This document shows, piece after piece, positions 55,153 through 64,000 of a stretch of DNA of 64,000 nucleotides. A program made the translations under genes and the position numbers. The stretch's first letter is position 1. Every line of letters starts with the position of its first letter. The stretch comes from Trichosphaerium sp. ATCC 40318 (Eukaryota > Protista > Tubulinea): positions 1 through 64,000 of the forward strand of contig JALMLS010000309.1 of NCBI GenBank assembly GCA_038496445.1, written 5' to 3'. A model generated the notes under the pieces. It did not search any database, was not told the origin of the DNA, and was given only the letters and a program-made list of their open reading frames with translations.

Positions 55153-56031
55153 GTTTGTTTTGCGTATTTGTTTGTTTCGACTTAAAAAAATGACAACAAA
55201 AGACGGTTATTCAGTTAATCATTGGTAAGGCTCTTTTTATGCTAAAAAGCATAGAAACCGAATAAACAATACATGAATATAACTGACAGCTGTCTAATCA
55301 CCGTTTACGACTAATTTGAACAAGTATACAAAGTAAACTTAACAAAAAGTGAAATGCCTTCACTGAAAATGTTGTTTTTCGCACACATTATTGATCTGAT
55401 ACATATTCTGCGCTTGATGCAGCCGAATAAATTCCACTATGCTCCAATATTAGCTTCATTTAAGTCCACACGTGTTTGAAACCATACATGATTGTGGCTG
55501 ATTGCCACAGCATATCCGATCCTAATCAATCTATCACACGTGAATTACGTAGTACATACAAAAGTCCATTCTCCTTGTAGCAGTTGTAGACTGCTCATGC
55601 ACTGGTACTATTACCTAGTATTCTGGAGTACGACTGTGAGAAGATTAACAATGTCAAAATCTAAGTGCAATACATATATACCACTCTGTTTTGATTATCT
55701 TTGCTTGGAGGTGGATTCCCTCTAGGAGCGAATAAGTTCAAATGAGTATCACATTGCTTATTCAATGCTTATTTCAGTCAATTCTCTTCCCTATCTTCAT
55801 GGACCTTATTATTAACACTCATATTTAGTTTGTATTTACATTTTCTCTTACTTGCATTATTTAAGCGACCTTGACATAGATTTTGAAAACGAATGTCTAC
55901 TCACTCACTGAATTTCAAATTACTATTGTGACTGAAGAAAATACGAGTGTGATAGTTTGAACATTATTTGAAAAGAATAAACAGAAGCTGGATTGTACTT
56001 CTACATAGAATTCTCGTGTTTTAATAATAAA

Positions 56032-57580
56032 TCATACTAATCCACTTCCTCCAAAACAACCAGTAATTGGCGTAATAAACTCTTCCACAGCCTACAAAAA
56101 GAAAAGTAAGTCACGCACCAGATTATCACGTGACTGGATAGTATTATTACCCTAAAAACAACACGAATATTTGATGTATCAGAACCACATGTGAAATGTG
56201 TACAAACTGTAACATCAGCACCATCATCATCTACAATGAATTTTTTTCTTATGATACCTCTAAAGTTACTCTTGTCTTCTGTATCACCTACAAAGAAAAA
56301 AAGTGTAAATAGTTTTGAAACAAATCCTTGTTTTTTCTTGCATGTGCTCACGTACTTTGTTTAATATCAGGGAAACACGTTGTTATAGGTGTTACTTTAA
56401 GTTGATCATACATTAGATCTTGTTTATTCAAGAACAGTATAATAGTTGAAGTACCAACAGAACTAATTGAGATTTTAAAAAAAGCTTAACTGAAACATTT
56501 GGGTCTTGTAGAAATATGAAATGTTTTACCTTAGCGCGTCTCTAAGCTGTTTAAAGGCTTGTATTGCCTTTATGAGTTTATATTCTGTTCCATCATGTTG
56601 ACAGTATCCTATCAAGGACGCACAAAATATAGGAATATGGTCTATTGTGCACTGATAGCAGATGTTAAAAAAACAGACTTGGACAACTACATACGTTTGT
56701 AAAGCTACACCCAACATTGATAATGCTGTATTTATAGTTTTCACGATGGAAGCTAAACTCCTTTATAGGTTGATGCCCACTGGATAGAACCATATCATCA
56801 TTTGTAGGCATATAATCTGGTTCAGATATACGTTCAATAGAATCAAAGAATCTAGACACATTAAATACCTCTCAACAGGTTACATGAAGTGCACGTGATG
56901 TATAATCAAACAAATAACAACATGTATTATTTGTTTATGTCTTTCAAAAAAACAATTGGAAACACAAGCAACTGATGACGAAAGACCAAGCGAACAAATA
57001 ATCAATCGAAAAAAAAAAAAAAAAAGGGCGTACTGTCCCATGCATGGGGATGCATCAAATATGTGGCGTAAACTATATGCCTGTTGGACACCAGTATCAT
57101 TCCATAAACTTGATAATATCTTACAAGTTTTATCATCCCACGTGTAGTCACCACTCAAACTCTTTGCAAAATCCTAAACAACATAATAATAAATATTTAT
57201 ATCTGGTTTTCGTTCTTTGAATGGTTACGTTTGTATTGTGGTTTCACTCTACGACGCAATATTGTATTGTACGTACGAGGTTTGGTTCATCATTAGCGAA
57301 CTCCTTTTGTGAACATATTGTCAGGAGAGACTTCATGCATTCTATCATAAACGCACGAATGTCTGCAGGTCCGATTGGCAGCTTTTTATCGCTGTGGAGT
57401 ACATACAACTGCTTTATAATCGTTGCTATTGGATGGTGTTATTTTTATACTTAAACAACGACAAAGCGCGTGACAGTGTCAAACCTCACTTTTTCCGCTA
57501 CCATCAAGGCCAACCAATGCCATTTCAATTGGTTTAGGTTGAATAACGCTTTTTGTCTTTTTACCAGTTTTGTTACCCAT
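56032..57580 (-). CDS. Divergent G-protein alpha subunit with degenerate switch motifs
   Basis: MGNKTG, GLDGSGKTT, LWNDTGVQQAY, RISEPDYMPTNDDMV, LFLNKQD, HFTCGSDT, GSGLV*. Lacks RxxT and DVGGQ. Confidence 0.85.
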
Positions 57581-58580
57581 CAGAGTGCTCTAGAGTACTG
57601 GTTAGGGTGAGTTTGGTTACTTTCATGCATTTTTTAGCTTTATTAGCTTCTTATCCTTCTACGTACATAGTACAAGCGTTTGAAGTGATTTTTCGGTTTG
57701 TTATTAACGGTTGCAGCAACTGTTTGGTTAACAAGCCTTAATAGTTTGTCAAAACCGTAAGTATTACACTTCATCATTAGTACGTACACTATTTGACCGG
57801 TTGCCGTCACTACTACTGAAAAGACAGATACTTCGATTTGTTAATGTCACGTGACTGTATTATCTAGTACTAGAATTGTTGTATTTGTTTAAGATAACTC
57901 AAGAGGACCATTATGTATCCGGACAGCCTGGTTTTGGGAAATATTTCTCTTTGATTGAGCGCGTAGACGAAAGAAGTGAACAACTACAAATTTTACAACG
58001 TTCAACTTGATTATGCCACAAAAAAGCAAAGGAAAAGCCTGGTTACCCTCTTTTAGTTCAAGCTTTTAAAACCTTGTATATACAATTTATTAGGGATAGT
58101 GGTCCTCCACAGTTGGCGCCAAGTTTAAAGTAACCGTCACGTGTAGAGTGTACTTCATCATCTACCGAGCTCCATCCTATTGAGATGACTTTATTTTTGA
58201 CAAAAGTCAATACTACTTCTACACCTACCTACATTATAGATTACAGATGCCTCTTTCTACTATTATTGTAATACTGCAATACATAAACCATCTAGTAAGA
58301 GACCTAACCAAATGAGCAATACATGTTAATGCAAACCAATAAAAAATTTATCTGCAACTTTCTTTTTTTTTTTTTTTTTGTTTTATTTTCCTCGCCGCGG
58401 CTTTGAGAAATAATTTACAAACGGCGATAATTTTGTATTGTACAAGTTTGAGTCGATTTTTTCTTTTTTTTTTCTCTTTCTTTTTTTTTTCTTTTCGTCT
58501 TCGTTCTATGGTCTCTATATGTCGTTTATAATTTTTGCTTTTTAGTACCCTCACCATAACCATGATAACCATAGTCCTCA

Positions 58581-60680
58581 TTAAAACAAAATCCCAGCTT
58601 GATTCATTCGCGCTGAAAAAATAATGTCTTTGATTGAGTTAAAGACAAACCGAATCGAACTCGTTGATATTGCAACCGTCACATGAAAGTAAAGGTTACG
58701 ATCACCTTTGCCACGCTTTACATTTTTTTTGAGTAATCTTTCTTTTAAGAACTCTCGCGCTTTATCTTCATCCTTTCCCCCTAAAATAAGCGTTTTAACC
58801 ATAAATCAGAAGTAATTTTCGCGTAGTAGTTGACGTTTACGCACAAAAAAAAACGGTAGAAATACGCAATCTTTCTCTAAAAATGCTTCTAATACAACCT
58901 ACGTACCTTTATAAGAAGGAAAACAGCAATTCAGATCTTTTATTTTGATCTTCTCTTTAAAAAGGTCATCCTTATTTAAGAATACTATCACAGGTGTATC
59001 AGTGAAGTTATCATTGTTAATAGTAGACTCAAACCTGTATTCAACGTAATTAGTCAAAACAAACGCCAAAAAAGATAAAGAATTTTAACCAGAGTCAAAA
59101 TTAGTAAAAAAAAAGTTTGGCAAAATGGTCACTCGTACACATCAAATGCTTCTTTCATTCTATTCGTTTCATCATCTTCATACAACACCATATCATCTAT
59201 AAAATAACGTCAAAAACAAAAACTACAAATTAAAAGCCAAACGAGAAAAGCGAGCCAAAGAGACATATACGTACACTCATTAAGTGCAATACAATAAAGA
59301 AGAGCTGTCACATCCTGAAAGCAATGCATCCACTTTCTACAGTTGGTTACAATCGACTCACAAACACAAATTATTATCTTTAAATTTTTGCTATTCACAT
59401 CCATGTAATCAGGTTGTTTATACAACGTACCTTCTTTCACTTCTCTGACCTCCCATATCAACTAAACTACATTGCTTGTGAGTTCGCTCAGCCGCGTAGA
59501 GAGGTTTTTTTTTATTCGCGATTTTTTTTTCTTCAAGAATTTTATTTTGAAGCAACAAAAAACGCGTGTAATGAAAGAAATAACGTACTTTATCATAAAT
59601 CTATCCAATTGAAACTTAGTTTCTTGAATCCCAGTAGTTCTTTGCCTCGCCTGAATTTATGTTAGCTTTATAATGATACCACAACATATTATAACTCATG
59701 TATACGCGAAATAACAGCCTTCACATGGTTTGTTTTTACTCCAGTTGAGTTTTTTTTTTGAAAAAAGAAAATAATAAATTGGGCTATTTCTTACCTGAAT
59801 GACATCATCGTTTGTGGGTACATAGTCAAATTGTGATATACGATCCATGTGCTTAATCAGACTACAAACAAAAATGATTCCGTCTGTTTTCGAGCTAGTT
59901 TGATTTTATTTTATTCAAAAATTACGTACTATGCACAACAGTCGGGTAAAGCTATCTCACTCCGTTTAGCATATGCTTTTTGTATTGCTTTCGTTTCCCA
60001 TAGTAATAAAATGCGTTGAGCCATTTCTGGCGTTAGATGAGCAGACAATACGTCTATCTTGGAAAACTGCTCTATGTCTGTCTATAGGGATAGGTGTCAT
60101 TCATTTATTTTTTCGTTTAAAAATGGAGTTACAACAAAAACGAAAAAAAAAAAATTAATATTAGCCTTCCTAAACCCTTTTCAAATAGGGACATAGTGCG
60201 TAAATTCTAGTTTTAGATGGTATACAAACATAATTATAAAAAGAAACACAAACTTGAGGGTTTTTTTTTTTGTAGAGACGAACCTTGTACTGTTTGCGTA
60301 GCTTTACGTTATTCCTTTTGCAGTAGTTTACTAACATTTTTATGCACTGCAAAACGTTCCGGTGAAGGATCTGTTTGAAGTTTTGTCTTTCATCCACTGA
60401 AAAGCCCCCATAATGTATTATTACAAGTTGCTTCCTGACAGTACTTTTACCGGACGCTCCAGTACCTATATACGGTCGTCAGTGAATAACCTTTCATTTT
60501 TTTTTTTTTTGCTGTAAATCAAAATGGTATTTATAAACAATATTAAAAACACCCTTACGGCGCCTTACCGAGCAACAACATTTTAATAACTTGATGTTCT
60601 TCATCTTTGAATAGTTTTAGGTCTTTATCGATTTCTTTTGTTCTAGCGTCCTTCTTATGGCCAAAACAGCAATTGCTCAT
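58581..60680 (-). CDS. Heterotrimeric G-protein alpha subunit, canonical
   Basis: LLLGTGASGKSTV, ARQRTTGIQE, DMGGQRSERRKWMHCF, FLNKDDLF, HVTVAIST. Confidence 0.95.
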
Positions 60681-61345
60681 CTCGGATGCATGCTTCTATA
60701 GCTAATTTGACGCCCTTTTAAGAAAATTATAAAGCAATTGTTTTTATCCAATTTTTTTGGCGCAAAGTCAACGCACAAGTCGTGTGAATGTTATTTTGAG
60801 TCTCGTTTATTGCACCTACAGCAATGCCGCCCAATGCTTCGTGTAAGTGAATCGTTCGTTGATGTGAACGACTGTAAAACAATTATCCAAATTGAGTTGG
60901 CTGTAAGTACGAAACCTTGCTCAAGGTTGTGGAATGGGTAGAGGGCAATATTGCCTGTTTTGTTAATGTAGTGCCACGCAGACAATTTTTGTACCCCTCC
61001 ACGCCTCTGGTAACTACGTATGTATTCTCGAAGCAACCAATTGTGTAAACGGTCACTCCGAGAAAAACTACAGCAAATGCCCAAATTAGAGCAGAAACTA
61101 AGCCTTCTCAGCTACAACTGTCACAATTTGTAGGTTTAACAGGATGCCTATGGGAAAAGTCCAGAATAAACTGACAGCCAGCAAAAAACGTTAAAAGGAA
61201 TTACTTTGCATTTGAATCAAACACAGAAATACGAATTCGTACCAACAACTTCAAAAAAAAGCGAAGAAAAATTGCCTTCTGTTTTAAGTTAACGCCTGTT
61301 AGTTGAAAACACAGTTGTTCATTCTTAAAAGCTAATACATACACC

Positions 61346-62278
61346 ATGGCAACGAAAGCATACTCAATTAGTGTCCAAGGACAAGAAAGTGGCATCAACA
61401 TTTACCAAACTAAACCCAACAGCATACAATACGCTAAAAACAATAAAGGAGTATCTAAAACAGGCGTCGACGAAGTAAAAGGCGCATTTGTACTTCGTAA
61501 TGTCTTAACTCCAGATGAATGTGCTCAATACGTTAAAATTACTGAAGAAATGGTAAGTACTCCTTCATATATTGATTACAACCGTTTTAACCAACAAATT
61601 TAGAGTTATGATTTGGCATACGTTACTGGCTACTCCGGTATGCAAGCAAGGACAGATATTCGTAATAACAAACGTGTCATTTGGCAAAGTGATGATAGCG
61701 TACGTTGGGACTGTTTATGAATAAAGTCATTTTTTCGCTGATTTGCTTTTAATAGATTTGGGCTCCTATCTATGAACGCATCGCTGATCTTGTACCAAAA
61801 ACAGTCAAACTTAATGGAGTAGATTGGAAGGCGTGTGGGTTAAATGAACGGCTTCGATTTTATCGTTATGAAGAGGTGAGGACATTTTTTCTTTTATTCA
61901 AAGTTGAAAAACTGAAAATAAAATCCAATTAACTTTGTTGTTCAGGGTGAAGAGTTTGTGAAGCACTACGATGGATGTTATCCAAGGAACAAGAAAGAAC
62001 GTAGTTTCTTGACATTTATTATATATCTTACAGACGATTTTGAAGACGGTTGGACAACATTCTATCCACAAAGAAATAAACCTATTCGTGTTAAGCCAGA
62101 AAAAGGTAAGGAAGCCTAAACAATATTTCATCAGTATCAGATTTCTCACTACTGTGTATTAGGAATGGCTCTATTATTCTATCACAGTCACCCTCTTAGT
62201 CCATTACATGAAGGTAGTCTTTGTCATAACGGCAAGAAGTATGTTCTAAGATCAGATGTCATGTATCGTTATCCATAA
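61346..62278 (+). CDS. 2OG-Fe(II) dioxygenase (prolyl-4-hydroxylase-like), copy 1
   Basis: NVLTPDEC, RNNKRV, GLNERLRFYRY, HYDG, LTDDFEDGWTTF, PLHEG, KYVLRSDVMY. Five introns. Confidence 0.9.
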
Positions 62279-62638
62279 TAATAAAAGTGTTTGTATTTTT
62301 TAGATAATTCTTTTTTCTGTTTTTACAATGAGCTGTCGTACTCCTTATACCAACCATGAAGGAGGCAATAAAACAACTTTTGCGCTTACAATGTCAAATG
62401 ATGAAAGTCCAATAAGTATTGTGTTAAATTAAGTCACGTCATATTCTTTTGTCAAAAAAAAAAAGAATAAAGAAGTACTTTGTGAATGGTTTTATCGGGC
62501 ACAGTACAGTTGTACGAATTCGTACCACCAACTGCAAAAAAACCATACACCTTTACCTTGTGTTTTAAGTTAACACTTGTTTAGTTGAAAACTGGTGAGT
62601 TATTGAATTCAGTTATTCTATTCTTACAAATGAAACTC

Positions 62639-63546
62639 ATGGCAACGAAGGCATACTCAATTAGTGTACGAGGGAAAGAAAGTGGCATCAACGTTTACCA
62701 AACCAAACCCAACAGCATACAATACGCTACGAACAGTAAAAAAGTGACGAAGACAGACATTGACAACGTTAAAGGCGCATTTGTACTTCGTAATGTCTTA
62801 ACTCCAAATGAATGTGCTCAATACGTTAACATCACTGAAGAAATGGTAAACACTCCTTCGTGTACACTCTAACCGAAATTTTAGAGTTATGATTTGGCAT
62901 ACGTTACTGGCAAATACGGTATGCAAGCAAGGACAGATATTCGTAATAACAAACGTGTCATTTGGCAAAGTGATGACAGTGTGAGTTTATGAGCTCAATA
63001 AAGTCATTTTTTCGCTGATTGGCTTTAATAGATTTGGGCTCCTATCTATGAACGCATCGCTGATCTTGTACCAAAAAATGTTGAACATAATGCTTTAGAT
63101 TGGAGGGTGTGTGGTTTAAATGAACGGCTTCGATTTTATCGTTATGAAGAGGTGAGAACATTTTTTCTTTTATTCAAAGTTGAAAAAGTATAGATAAAAT
63201 CCACTAACTTGTTGTTCAGGGTGAAGAGTTTGTGAAGCACAAGGACGGGTGTTATACGAGGAACGAGAAAGAACGTAGTTTCTTGACATTTATTTTATAC
63301 CTTACAGACGATTTTGAAGGCGGTTGGACAACATTCTACCCAAGAAATAAACCTATTATGGTAAAGCCAGAAAAAGGTAACGGAAAAACAATATTATTTA
63401 GTGGCAGATTTCTCACGTTACTGGTATCAGGAATGGCTCTAGCTTTCTATCATAGGCATCCTCTTAGTCCATTACATGAAGGTAGTCATTGTCATAGCGG
63501 CAAGAAGTATGTTCTTAGATCCGATGTCATGTATCGTTATTCATAA
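62639..63546 (+). CDS. 2OG-Fe(II) dioxygenase, copy 2
   Basis: Same exon structure and motifs as copy 1 (HKDG, PLHEG, KYVLRSDVMY). Confidence 0.9.
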
Positions 63547-64000
63547 TAAATGGTTTCTATTTTTAAGTTCTTTTTTTTCTGTATTGCAACGACTCGACTC
63601 CTTTACGCCAAAGTTGATGAAGGTAAATCTCATAGCTATAAAACAACGTAAAATGGAAAAAACCAAGAAGTACATCGAAGTAATTAAATATCACGTGTCA
63701 TAATCGTTTTTGTCAAAAAAAAGAAAAGAAAAGGGATCGATAGATCCATACTTTTTGTGAATTGTTTTTTATTATTCAAGCATTGGATGTGGGTCACTCT
63801 TTCATTATGAATTTTTCTCTATATCTACAATTGTAGCTTGATCTTTTTGGGTTTTCTTTTTAAACCACCCCTGAACTCTTGTTTTTTTTTTCTATTTTTT
63901 CTCTTTCTTCTTTTGTTTTGGAACTTAGTAGTCATCATATACAGAAGCCTCACTGCCATTATCCATCCTTTGTTTCTCCGCTTCCGCCTCAAGCTCTCTT

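Larger units (their letters stand above)
61230..63772 (+). repeat. ~1.28-kb tandem duplication including promoter, introns and 3' flank
   Basis: TACGAATTCGTACCA at 61230 and 62513. Introns and 3' flanks align by eye. Confidence 0.9.

Noticed and set aside
58348-58581. Lys-rich 77-aa ORF after the G-alpha stop
   Set aside because: Arises from A-rich low-complexity 3' flank sequence.

Overview
AT-rich, gene-dense, intron-rich eukaryotic nuclear DNA. Introns are mostly short GT-AG with GTACGT/GTAAGT/GTATGT donors, and the standard genetic code is used. Gene content suggests a free-living protist, plausibly an amoebozoan (inference). Most six-frame ORFs are exon fragments, so I rebuilt about 25 spliced gene models by hand. 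Conserved genes: a divergent ubiquitin-type E1, GMC oxidoreductase, SAAL1, AP-4 epsilon, NIP7, MOG1, a BBE-like FAD oxidase, CENP-K, a C2-CaMK kinase, mitoferrin, two G-alphas and two tandem 2OG-Fe(II) oxygenases. Interleaved with these is a dispersed set of intron-poor F-box + repeat genes: 4 F-box/MORN-variant, 1 F-box/LRR, 1 partial LRR and 1 fragmented F-box-like locus. They show hypervariable repeat surfaces, recruited 5' mini-exons and gene decay. Other unusual items: a tRNA-Asp-like Pol III gene with a remodelled anticodon arm topped by UUA, strong CACGTG enrichment especially in introns, an intronic ~110-bp inverted repeat, two apparent pseudoenzymes (DDAH-like and G-alpha), a hidden 83-aa three-exon gene, and two repeat proteins whose introns sit at homologous positions in their repeats. 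Family assignments rest on remembered motifs, not database searches.
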